Of a stretch of 64,000 nt of DNA, positions 50,953 through 63,738 are shown piece after piece. This stretch comes from Octopus vulgaris (Eukaryota), in NCBI GenBank assembly GCA_951406725.2, contig OX597821.1, positions 54,560,001-54,624,000 of the forward strand, given 5' to 3'. The first letter of the stretch is position 1, and each line of letters starts with the position of its first letter. Under the pieces are notes generated by a model. That model saw only the letters and a program-made list of their open reading frames with translations, searched no databases and was not told the origin of the DNA. The position numbers and the translations under genes are program-made.

Positions 50953-51013
<61 letters not shown>

Positions 51014-51556
51014 TACATGTATATGTATACACATATATACATACATATATATATATACATATGTATATATAAATATATATATATATATACACACACATAC
51101 ATATGTATTCATAAATATACATACATATATAGACATATCTGTATATACACACATGTATATACACATAAATATACATACATAAATATATATATATATACTT
51201 ATATATATATATATACATATATACATACATAATATACATACATATACGGACATAAATATATCACAGTGAAAGTATTAATAGTTTCACTATTAAAACTGAA
51301 AGTATTACCTCACATTACAATAGAGATGTTATTGTTTTACTTTTGACATATAATACTGACATATTGTAAGAGATAAGAAATTTCTCTGGGCTCGCATTAG
51401 GCAAGAAGTTGAAAATTTTTTGGCCCATGACACTGTTTGGACTCTAAGTAAGGCATGTGTAAAATTTGAATGAAATCGGTTGGGTAGTCCTTGAGTTTTA
51501 GTCATGCATGCATACAGACAGACACACACACATTCTCAGTTTTATATATATATAGA
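50457..51556 (-). mobile_element. Probable Helitron interrupted by SINE A (50500-50785) and microsatellites
   Basis: Plus-strand CTAGCAGAGATACCCGACCTTGTTCGGG at left (3' hairpin+CTAG) and ..CTCAGTTTTATATATATAGA|T at right (5' TC). Confidence 0.5.
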
Positions 51557-51841
51557 TTATTTGGTAATGCTTCAACAAGAAGAAAGGCAAAACGATAAAG
51601 ATAATCTTATAATAAAAACCACAAATCATGTTAAATACAACTACCAAAGATTTCTTGATTGATATAATTTATTTCACCATTTTCAAGCTCAGACGGTCTT
51701 GTTCTCCACTTGAAAAATGATGAAATGAGTTATTATTTCAACCAGGAAACCCTAGATAGCTGTATTTAACAAGATTTTGGTTCTTATTTTAAGAGTATAC
51801 ACACATTCACACATACATATACATATTTATGTATGTGTGTA

Positions 51842-51891
<50 letters not shown>

Positions 51892-52399
51892 AAATTTACA
51901 TAAATGTGTGTGTAAATATATATGTACACACTTGTATCTTCTGTACCAGAAACCACTTCTGGTTCCTCCCTGTCATAGTTTAACCATTTATCACTGTTAT
52001 ATCCTTGAAATGTTGGAATGTTATAATGCCCTCTTTGGTATACAGTATACTCAATAAAACCAGTAGGGACATGACTATCTCTGACTGCCTATGACATACT
52101 CTGGTACTTCACGTACTTCTCTTTACTTATAGTGACTTATTCCATTCATAACGTGGGAGGGGTGTACCATTATTACTAATTCCCTATATCTCCCATTTTA
52201 AGTTTTTCGTAAAAAGTGTCATTTTATTAAGCAATATTTTTTTATTCACCCCCACCTCCCTTTTTTGAGTCTTCTTTTTTTACAATTTCATATTTTTTTC
52301 GTTTGCTTTCAATTTTCAAGCATTCTTTTTTTTTTTTTTTATAGTTTCAGCTCAGAGCTGCGGCCATGCTTGATGCAATGTTTTCTTTTCCTCTCACTT

Positions 52400-52783
52400 G
52401 TGGAAGCACTCCGTCGGTTGCGACGACGAGGGTTCCGGTTGATCTGATCAACGGAACAGCCTGCTCGTGAAATTAACGTGTAAGTGGCTGAGCACTCCAC
52501 AGACACGTGTACCCTTAACGTAGTTCTCGGGGATATTCAGCGTGACACAGGGAGTGACAAGGCCGGCCCTTTGAAATACAGGTACAACAGAAACAGGAAG
52601 TAAGAGTGAGAGAAAGTTGTGGTGAAAGAGTACAGCAGGGATCACCACAATCCCTGCCGGAGCCTTGTGGAGCTTTAGGTGTTTTCGCTCAATAAACACT
52701 CACAACGCCCGGTCTGGGAATCGAAACCGCGATCCTACGACCACGAGTCCACTACCCTAACCACTGGGCCATTGCGCCTCCAC
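52400..52783 (-). mobile_element. Young tRNA-derived SINE (family C head, different tail)
   Basis: GGTGGAGGCGCAATGGCCCAGTGGTTAGG..GGTTTCGATTCCC head; CpG-rich; tail ..CGTCGTCGCAACCGACGGAGTGCTTCCACA. Confidence 0.88.
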
Positions 52784-54249
52784 CCTTTCACTTGTATGCC
52801 TGGGTTCAATCACCTGCAGTGGTCTTGGTACTTAAAACATATTGTACAACCATTCCATCAGTTCTCATCTGTGACTTCCTTATTTGATTTTCTAAGGGTT
52901 CTTTCGAAGGCATTGACAAAGCGTTCTTCCTGTCCATTAGATCTGGAATAGTATGGCACCATAGTTATATGTTCTACCATGAACATTTCATAAAATTTTA
53001 AAAATTTACTTGACACAAATTATATTCCATTGTCTAAGATGCTAAATCTTGCCAGAAATTCATGTAAAAAATTTATCACAGTTGAGGAGGCTGATTTTTT
53101 ACAACTACAAATTTCTGGCCATTTTAAGAAACTATCAACTACCACTAAGTAGTAAGAACCATTTAAAGGACCAGAAAAATGGATGTGTAGTCTTGACCAC
53201 AGGACACCTACTTTTGGACAATGTTTACTTTTTACAATGGGCAATTTTTCTTTTGTTTCAGTCCCTCAGCTGTATTCAAACCTTCAACTGAACTGATTAT
53301 ATTTCCATTCAAAAAATTTATGGGTGTATTCCATAGTTTGAATAGTTCCAAGTACCAACACCACTGCAGGTGAGTGAACCCAGGTGTACAAGTGAGAGGA
53401 AAAGAAAACATACAGAGCTCCTGAAAATAGATGCCAAGCGCAAAATTTATAAAATTGTACGGAAAAAAATCTCAAAAGTAGGAGGTGGGGGTGAATAAAA
53501 AAAATTATTGCTAAATAAAATGACACTTCCTAAGAAAAACTTAAAATGGCAAATGTGTCATGTCTTAATTTGACTATCCTTTCACATTCTTCTGACACTC
53601 ACTGTAGAGTTACATCCTGGTTTTGTTCCAGCTTTGCAAGAATTCTAGTTCTAACTTTCAACAGTAAGTCCCTGTGTAAAATCAGGCATTTGGACATATC
53701 TGGCATTAATTCATCCAGCTTAAACTTCTCCCATTCCCTGCTAACTCTACCAGCATATGTGATGTAGTCCTCCTCGTTGTTTTTCTCTATGTTCAGAGCT
53801 TTTTCCCTAAAAATTTTACACCCTATATCTATTGTGTCATTAAAGTTTATTGCAAAAGATTTTCTCGGGAGCTCATAATTGCTGTAACTCTCATGTTCAG
53901 CTGCTGCCAGTTTTCTTAAGATTAAGCATGTTTTCATCTTGTCATCCCAATCTTTACATTCTTTATCGAAGATTTGCTCATTCCATCGTCTGGTTCATAT
54001 TTGACCTCTGTTATTGAATTCGCAACTTATTCTGGTCAGAATATTTTTTCTGAATTTCCTGACAACTTCGTTTATTGCAGCATTTGTTGTAAAATATTCG
54101 TTGTTTTTGTTGCTTCTGTTGTTGTTGCTGCCATTGAATTTGCTGTTGTTGTTGTTGTTCTCACAATTCAAGCAAACCAACCAACAAATATTCCATAATT
54201 TTTTACAATTTCTTTCATAAAATCCACACAACAAAAACTTTGTAAGTTT

Positions 54250-54395
54250 GTTAACTCCTCATGAGTTGTTAATTTCTTGTGGGCTAATAAAATCCTCGTA
54301 AATTGTTTAAATCCACATCAAGTTTATTAATTCCTCATGAGTTCTTTAAATCCTCATCAAGTTTACTAATTCCTCATGAGTTGTTTAAATCCTAG
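54250..54395. repeat. Tandem ~20/40-bp repeats in the Gypsy leader
   Basis: Repeated TTAAATCC.CATCAAGTTTA.TAATTCCTCATGAGTT. Confidence 0.75.
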
Positions 54396-56029
54396 TTGCC
54401 ACTGTAATATCTTTAAAATGTTGGATTGATATAACACCCATTTGTGGGAGGAGTGTACCATTGTTACGAATTCCCTACGACAATCACCTAGCTTTAGTTG
54501 TCTCTCCCTTTACTGTATTCTCCTGTAGTCAAAAAGAAACATTGTGAATTGATTTGGTAGATGAAAAATGAATGAAGTCTCTCTTTATATACATCTGTGT
54601 GTGTGTGTGTCATTATATTTGTGTTTGTCCCCTCAATACTACTTCATAACTGGTGTTGGTTTGATTATGTCCCTGCAATTTAGGGATTTGGCAAAAGATG
54701 CATTGAACAAGTACCAAGCTTAAAAAATAAGTGAAATCGATTTATTTCACTAAACCCTGCAAGACAGGACCACAGTATGGACACAGTCCAATGAGTGAAA
54801 CAAGTAAAAAAAGATAAAAGAAGATCTCATAAGTGCTGGTGCCATAAAGAAAGCACTCAATACACTCAGTAAAGTTGTTGTCATTAGGAAAGTCATCCAT
54901 CCATAAAAACTATGCAAAAGCGAACACTGGAGCACAATGCAGTCCAGCAATCCATCAGATACAGTTGGACCATCCAACCCATTCCAGTAGGAAAGACAAA
55001 TACTAAGAAATTATGATAAGTAAATACAGTTTCACTTAATTCTTCTCACAATATATTGGTCAAAAAGTAACTTCAGTAGAAAACATTGTCTAAGTTGTCT
55101 TACAGTTAGACTAAGGCCAGAACTACATGATATAAAGCAAAGTTCTTAAACACACAGCCAAGTCCTCACTTGTAGCTGACATTTATCTAAACGATGTAGC
55201 AAATCTGTATTCCAGTTCCTGTTTAGTTGCAGCTTTTTCATTTCAATTGGCACTAATGCTCTTACAAACAGTGTGGACACTGCAATTACCATTCACTATT
55301 TCCATTCACTATTTTCACCATCATTTTAGTAGTAGAAAACATTCATTGATGAATCTCTCTGATCACAATCATGTCAGATAACAGATACTGCTCTGTATTT
55401 CATTAATGCATAGAATATATACATGCATTACTGTATGTATGCAATGCAATAAACTGTTAAAATACAATTGTTATGGGCTACAAGCTATTTCGTGCATCAT
55501 GTGAACTTACATAATACATTCATCTAGACATTCTAGAGCTCAAAAGAAAGTCTTGCATCTTTAACAGAAGAATGTAATCTGGGCATGATTTGAGAGGAAA
55601 TAGATAGGAGAGGACAGTAAAAGGAAAAAGCTATGTTAACTGATATTCTCATCCAAGCAAATAGAAAGCTAGAAAAGTGCATATTTGTGTGAAAAGAGAG
55701 AAAAGTGTATGCATGTGGGAAAATGGAGAGAAAATAGATTATAGATAAACGAGAGAGATGCAAGAAGTAAAATGGAATGTTGTTTAAAAAGTTTGCAGAT
55801 TAAAACATGGAGGCTTTAAAGTCATGTGTGATTTGACGTTAAATGTCTAGGAGGAACATTCTGTTTGGTGTGGATCTTTAAATTGTTTATAATCTGATAT
55901 TGTGAGTGGAAGCAGTGCCTTTCAAAGACTGCATATAAATTTTTAAAATCAACCTTAATATCAGGATAGCCACTAATCTCCCAAAATATAACAATAGTAA
56001 TGCCTTAATTGGCTGATAACAACATAAAC

Positions 56030-56272
56030 AAATAATAATAAGGAAATTATTGTATACAGTGCTCAGGTGCACCACAACTTGTCAAAAGTGCATATAAAGT
56101 ATATGCATTAAAGCACAAATGTCTGGAAAGCGAACAGTGTACGAGTCAGATACATGCTTGCATGTGTATGGGGGGGATCAGGTGTAGTGTTGGCAAATCT
56201 CAGGAAGCATGGAAGTTTTGAAGGATGCAGTGCTCCGACAACTAACAACTGATGCTGGCAGTCTGTTCCAAA
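56030..56272 (-). mobile_element. CR1/L2-clade LINE 3' end
   Basis: Minus strand WNRLPASVVSCRSTASFKTSM..* (WNxLP..S..FK motif) followed by a 3' UTR. Confidence 0.75.
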
Positions 56273-58465
56273 CAATGCCAAGTTTATTCAATTTAATATT
56301 CTAGGTTTTTGTATTTCTATCCCCAAATCTATATAATAATATAGATAACAGAAGTAATGACATATGTGAGGAAAACACTGCTATTTGATAATGATTCAGT
56401 ATAGATCAAGAAATCTGACCTGGACTGGTCTTCTATGTGAGCATGGTTTCATTTGATGGTGTAGTCTGGTATTTCATTGTATTGTGTATTTTAGATTTTC
56501 TCAGAAAGCTACACTTCAATAAATTTCAGTTTATCAGATGAGGAACAATTAGCTATTTCCAATAATGCAAACTGATAAATTTAGAAAAAAAAAATATTCC
56601 AAATCTTCAGTAATTTCAGACTAGAAATCACTGTAGTAACTAACAGTATTATAATTACTCTTAAACAACACTATTCACCTTAAGTACCAACATATGCAAA
56701 TTTTATAATACATATAAGAAGTTCCCCCACATCAATATAAGATCATGTGACCTACCCATAGTTTTTAGAGCATAACCTGACACAAGGACATCTAACCTGT
56801 TCACAATTGTAAATATTTTTAATAAGACAGCCCCATATTATAAGGAAAGTGAATTTAAGGACAAGATAACTTATATTAAGACACCATTCTATAAAAGTAG
56901 ATATGGTGCTAGATTTGGTTCATTTCCTTTATTTGCTTAATGTAAAATCCAATTTAGATAAATTCTTTTTTAAATTAGTAAACATGTCTCGCTAATTATA
57001 CATATAGTAAATTATTCACAGACACATTCCTAAATTACAATTGTACTGTAAATGTGATAAAAATCATATTGTAGAAGCCCACAGTCCTACCTGAATATAA
57101 TACTGTTCTGAAGGAATACTAATACTTAGACACAGAAAAGATTCTACAAGGTAAATACCATTATCTCTCAAGCAGAGGTTAAGCTACAAAATCTCAACCA
57201 AGGCAATACAATCAAGTGATATATAAAGGTAATGGAAGGAAAATTTTAAGTCAAGTTATCACAAGTTGTAGGCTATTGCTGTAGGTAATATGTATTTTTG
57301 TGGGGTCCAGGGGCAGAAAATGGAAGGGCCATCCTAGGTGGCACACACTCTGGCTACACTAGTGCAAGTATCTATCACACTTTTATAAATCAAAAAGTGA
57401 TACATGACTAAATTTTCGAGCTATATCTGGCTTTGAAAGCCAGTGACTTCAATTACAGTTTCAGTGGGAAAATACTTGAAACATCCAAACTCTCCAAACT
57501 GTGATCTTGAGCAGAACCACCTTGAAGATTTAACACACAGATAATCACACCTTGGTATCAACGCAATAGTAGGTGTATTGATACCTCTTAAATTCTACCA
57601 TCTCACTTTAAAACTTAACACTTGACTTTTCCCATTTCACACTTCACTCTCCAGATTCTTTGCATACCGTTCTTTACCCCTACTATCCATCTAGCTTCTA
57701 ATTTTCTATCTTCTTGCTTTCCTGTCTCACTTTCTACAAACATATGGAAGTATTTTCTGAGCTTCTATTTAGTTAGAGTTTCTCATAAGTATGGACAAGT
57801 AACTCACTGGATGAAAATATGTTATTTTTTTCCTTTTCTCTTTTACTAGAAAACTCAGAATTCTTTTCTTTTTCCTATGATAACCTGAATGCATTTAGCA
57901 TGCTTCCAAAACTTACACTCTCTTCTGTGAAGAAGCAAGACATTCTTATAAGTTCCAGAACAGCTAGGTGAGTTTGTATTATAGGATGTGTGAAAAGTCA
58001 GTAGCCAATATATATTATATTCCAACAGTTGATTGTATTAAATAACTATGATGATGATGATGATGATGATGACGACAACGACGATGATGACGACGACGAT
58101 GATGAGCATAGGAGCAATAATATTCTTAATTAACTGAACTGAGAAAAATACACATTTTGCAGTTTTCTTGGTAGTCCACACTTTTTACAGGCAGTCCAAT
58201 TTTATGAACAAAAAAATATTTGTTATTGAGGCAAAACTCAGAAAGTATCAAAACTAAAAATTAATTATTTAATAAAAGTTTAAACTATTCTCAGAAAGCA
58301 AGTTTATAAATTAACATAATTAAGGCATACAAAAATGCCAATGATGAACCTGAAATGCAGTGGGGAAAATGTCTATAAGGTAGCAGTGAAGAAATTGAAT
58401 AATGCCAAATGGAGAGTGATAAAGCAAATATGAACAGACTAAATTAAGACAATTAAGACAAATTG

Positions 58466-58742
58466 TTGAAAAAGTATAACCATGAGCACAAGAGTATCAT
58501 CATACATCAGACTTGAAATGCACTCAATACTGCCATGACAAACCAAGCTTCAGATAACCAGCTTGAATATATTACAAGTCTCCTCATATATCAACCCTGA
58601 AAGTCACTTTGACACCACCATGATAAAGCATGCATCAGATCACCATTTTGATAATACCCTGGATGTTATCTTGTACAACCTTTTGATGGTGCAGAGCATC
58701 TCCCTTGCCAAGTTCTTTTCTGCTTTTGTTGCATCCAGACAT
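58466..58742 (-). pseudogene. H4: Histone H4 pseudogene with an internal duplication
   Basis: [58 protein letters not shown] aligns to H4 [60 protein letters not shown]; two frameshifts and stops. Confidence 0.9.
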
Positions 58743-59746
58743 GATAATTGTAGGGAGAGTAAAAAAAAAAAAACGTAGCAAAATAACAGTTAAACAGTAA
58801 TGTAAACAAAAAAATTTTAAAAATAAATTACCATAAACAATCCTTTCACCCCCAACACCTATTATATGAAACCTTAAATTCTATGTCAAATTGTCAAATA
58901 TAATTATAATCGTATAAAATCTTAGATCTGATGAACATACCTATAAAGATTTTATATAAAGTGCCCCAAGAAACATACATTATAAAAAGATATGGAAAGA
59001 CAATTTAAAAAGTAAAATGAAGAAATGATATTAAATGTTATAAAAGAGTCCAAAGAAACTTTTTTAATTAATTATTTTCTTTATTCAGAAATTTAAAATT
59101 TTAAGTTACGAAAAGTTTCTGAGAAGAAAACAATTTAAAAGAAAATTCTTTAGATAATACTATAAGAGGATCTCATAGCAAATGAAATGAAATTAGTAAC
59201 AGATTTAACAAAGATTACTAAAATTCAGAAACTCATTTATTTTTTCTTCATACATATACACATGATAGTTAAGTAGCTATCAACAAAATAATACAAGGTT
59301 AGCAATGTGTCAGACCTCTGGATATTAAAGAAAAAATATTGAGGAACATTAAAGAACTGACTTCATTGAAATATTAAAAAAATATATATATAAAAGTTGT
59401 GGTCATAGTAGACCTGTAGGTACTAGGCTTTGAAATAACAGTCAATTTTCAATCTTAAAAATTCTAAGACTATTGTGTATATTACCTTTGTTATGTACAT
59501 CATAATACTTAAGAGAAAAAGATGGGTTGGTTGTTGCTGAAATGTTTTTGATTAATTAAAGCAACAAGCATACCAAACTTAACTGAACAGTGAAGTATAA
59601 TTATAATCATACAAAATATTAGATCTGAAGAACATGTCTATAAAGTGCCCCAAGATTGCCACACAGCACACTGTATGATTACCCATATGCCATATATCTG
59701 GCTATACTACTTAGGGCTACACCACAAAAGCAAAACTCTCTCTCTA

Positions 59747-59826
<80 letters not shown>

Positions 59827-60004
59827 GATAGTTTCTGCTGCAAACTTTAAAATTTATTCTTTCTTGTTTGTGGCAAACCGATTTTTTTTCAGTTTTGGAG
59901 TGTTTGTACTCACTAATTGCCATCACTACTTTCCTCTGATCTTACTGTTTACTTAACATATACATGTGTGAGTGTGTTCATACATGCATAAATAAATAAA
60001 ATTT

Positions 60005-60330
60005 GCTCCCCAATCATACAGTTCCAGGTTCAGTTCTTATGCATGTCCTCTGCTATAGCCCCAGACTGTGCAAAGTCTTGTGAGTGAATTTAGTAGATGA
60101 AGCTGAAAGAAGCCTGTCATATATGTGTGTGAGTGTGTCTGTATTTGTCTCCCAACACTGCTTGACAACCTATGTTTTATATCCCCATAACTTAGCAATT
60201 CAGCAAAAAGAGCCTGATAGAATAAACACCTGGCTTAAAATAAAACATGTACTGGGGTCAATTCATTCAACTGAAATTCTTTGACGTGGTGCCCCAGCAT
60301 GGCCACCATCTAATGACTTGAAACAAATAA
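60005..60330 (+). mobile_element. SINE family A, diverged (another copy at 54500-54812)
   Basis: GAAAGAAGCC..TTGACAACC..AACTTAGC..GATAGAATAA..GTGCCCCAGCATGGCC blocks. Confidence 0.7.
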
Positions 60331-61139
60331 AAGGTAGAAGATGTAAGATATCGTTTTTGCTCTTTTATTGGTTTCAGCCAAAGGCTGGGGCCATGATGGA
60401 GCACTGCCAGTAAAAGAAAGGTAACAAGTAGATGTAAAAGTTAACAATGATGTTACATAGATCTGAAATACCTTCCAGTTAAGTATTTCGTATTTTAGTA
60501 TAACAAAATAACCACATGGCCAAACTCCCATTTTTAGATCTATTTCTCTTACATTTAGATTATTTGTAGAAGCTTAACCATATATATATATTTTTTTTTT
60601 TATATATATAACAAATATATGATTGTCTAAAGATGAATTTTGGCCTTACCCTCATTGAAATTTTTGACCATTCTCGCTCTATAAGAACTTTTTACAACCA
60701 GCTTTTAATGATATTAATGGAAATAGATTCCTCTCATTGCGATCTTTAATTTAAGTGTAATTTATAAAAAAAAAAAAAAGAAAGAAGGAAACTATACTGT
60801 ATTATTCCCCCATTTTTGAAACATATTTTAACTTTTTTTTTGCCCTAGCAATTTTCTATATTTCAAAATATATTGGATACCTGCCTTTTCAAATCTTGCC
60901 AAGATCAAATTTACCTTAATCCAGAATATGAATGATTTTCCAAAGTGTTTAAATTGGAATGTGAAAGTTGAAAGGAAATAGAAATGACAAATGTGGTTAG
61001 TGTATTTTTAGTGTGAGCTTGTACTCGTATGTCAGATTTATTTGGAAGTGTTGAGTCCAAACAAATAAAAATGCTTTGACAAGTGTTGGTGAGTGAACAC
61101 TTATATCAGTATCTATGGCTATATGATAACTAAGACTTG

Positions 61140-62130
61140 TTAAATAGGGGTAAGCTAGTGGTGGTAGATAGCTTCTGTTATCTAGGTGACCAAGTTAGTA
61201 GCAGAGCTGGATGCTCTGGGAGTTTAGCTGTGAGAATAAGAATAGACTGGGCAAAGGTCAGTAGCTCCTACTTCTGCTGACAACAAAGAGCTTCTCCCTC
61301 AGAGTGAAAGGCAGATTGTTTGATGCCTGTGAGTAAACAACTATGCTACACAACAGTGACCACTGAGGACATGTGTAGGCTTGAAAAAATGAAGCTAGTA
61401 TGCTTTTTTGGATGTGCAGTATCAGTGTGGATGTATAACAAAATGTAAGCATCTTGAGAGAAAATTTAAGCTGTGGTGTGCATTGGTATGGTCGTGTGAG
61501 GCATATGGACGAGGACAGCTGTGTAAAGAAGTGCCGATCTCCAACTGTGGAGGGAACCTATGGTAGAGGTAGACCCAGGAAGACATGGAACAAAGTGAAG
61601 AAGCATAATCTTTGGATATTGGGCCTCATAGAAGTAATGACTGAGACCATGGTGATATGCCATGCTTGAGAAGACTTGAGAAGCCAAGTTAAATCAAGTC
61701 ATGGCCAATGCTGGTGTCACATAACTGGCACCCATGAGGATGACACAGAAAAAGCACCTTTTGAGCATTGAGCCTCACGGAGATAATGTGGTTGATGCCA
61801 GTAGCACATGGAAAGCACCTTTTAAGTGTTGGGCCTGATTGAAGCAATGATAAATAACTGAAGCCTTTGACAATATGCCGTGTTTGAGAAGAAGACCCAT
61901 CAAGCCAAGTGAAATCACAGTTGTGGTAGATACTGGTGTCACACCACTGGCACCCATGCTAGTAGCATGTAAAAGCACCCATTACACCCTTGGAGTGGTT
62001 GGCATTCGGAAGGGCATCCAGCCATAGAAACCAAGCCACATCAGACTGAGGTCTGATGCAGACCCTCAGCTTACCAGCCCTGGTCAAACTGTCCAACCCA
62101 TGACAGCAGGGACGACGGACGTTAAATGAT
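61140..62130 (+). mobile_element. RTE-clade LINE 3' end
   Basis: VVDSFCYLGDQ..WYGRVRHMDEDSCVKKC..GRGRPRKTW followed by the shared RTE tail. Confidence 0.85.
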
Positions 62131-63425
62131 GAGAGAGAGAGAAAGAGATGAGAAGGGATATTCTATAGGTTCTTCATCATAATCTGTAACTCTATGAGTA
62201 TTAAAAATGCTTAAGTCATATGATGTGGCTGCTTCCACCTGTTTACATCTATGTGAACTGAGACAGCAAGTCTTCAATATTTTGCCCATAAACATTCAGT
62301 AGTATGATGATATAATGTGAATTACCAAAGTTTTCCTTAACAGATAGTTGCATTTAGCATCACAGTCTCTGTGCTTTATAAGCAACACAGGGAAGGTATT
62401 CTCTTTTTGAATTTAAAATGCTCATGTTAACACAGTTTAGCTGATAATTACTGTCCAGCTACAGTACTTATCATTGTTATTATTCTTTTTATTCCAGTGT
62501 ATATGGGAACATATCTTCCAGGCAGTATAACTGATATTGCTGTATGATTAAAAATCATGCTTTGCAAAAATAAAAGATGGGGAAAGAGTTAAGAAAGAGA
62601 AATTTACAAACTGTGAAGATAGCAAATAATGAGGACAAACAGTAATGATTCCTTGTGTGTACAAGGAATCATGACCGCTTTTAAATTAGGGGCTAAATTA
62701 TTCATAGGAAAAGGTGGTATTGTGTTGTTTCACTTTTTGGAAACATAAAGTGTTTGCATTTTGGTGGCATTATATTTAACCAAGTGTTTGGACTTTGATT
62801 GGAAGGAGCCTTTGGATTTATTATGACCTCATATATTTAGCAATATCTGGTGTTTGAGAAATAACTACATAATACCGAGTGACAGTAAGGAAGGTAAAAG
62901 CAATCTGTGGAGATTTACAAGGAAAATAATCTGTGGCATATTATAATCCATGCTAAAGGCCATGTATCACATGCATGGATGAAATTGATGGTAAGTATTA
63001 GAGTTACTCTAAACCACATAAATATGTAAATATATACATACATACATATATATATATATATGTGTGTGTATATGTGTGCACATGCATGTGTATGTATCCA
63101 CATGGGTGTGTGCATGCATGTGTGTTGCAACAAAGGATAGTGACAGAATTTAGAATTTTCTTCATGTATTCCAGGCCTTCCCACACATACACATATACAC
63201 AATGCACATTCGTACAAATGTGCATATGTACATACATCTACATATCAACATACATGCATGTAAAAAATTCACTAATTGCTGATGAAGAGCTCTTATGAAC
63301 TCGTGATGAACGACAAGCTCAAAAACAAACAAACACACACACACTCATGCATCTACACATACACATACATACACACAAAGAAATTCAAATATATAAACAA
63401 AGAGTATTCAATACAGAGTAGTGAT

Positions 63426-63471
<46 letters not shown>

Positions 63472-63523
63472 ATAAAGTACTTGTATAGGCTACAAAAACA
63501 TCATTATTTACATATTCATGTGT

Positions 63524-63560
<37 letters not shown>

Positions 63561-63655
63561 TGTGAAATGAGGAGCATAGTTCGATTTGTTTTGCTCCGCC
63601 TCTGTTCTGTTTTGTTTTTCCAACGGATTTCTATTTTCTTCCTGAAGAGAAAGAC

Positions 63656-63690
<35 letters not shown>

Positions 63691-63697
63691 AATGCTA

Positions 63698-63738
<41 letters not shown>

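Larger units (their letters stand above)
51995..54480 (-). mobile_element. Decayed Ty3/Gypsy LTR retrotransposon
   Basis: LTR-like direct repeats ~51995-52190 and 54403-54480; PBS-like TGGCAACTAG after the LTR; gag-like ORF 53599-53937; integrase WSRLHIHFSGPLNGSYYLVVVDSFLKWPE..DNG at 53020-53244. Confidence 0.85.

Noticed and set aside
36502-51253. Many ORFs rich in YI, CV and HT repeats
   Set aside because: Translations of (TA)n, (TG)n and (CA)n microsatellites, not genes
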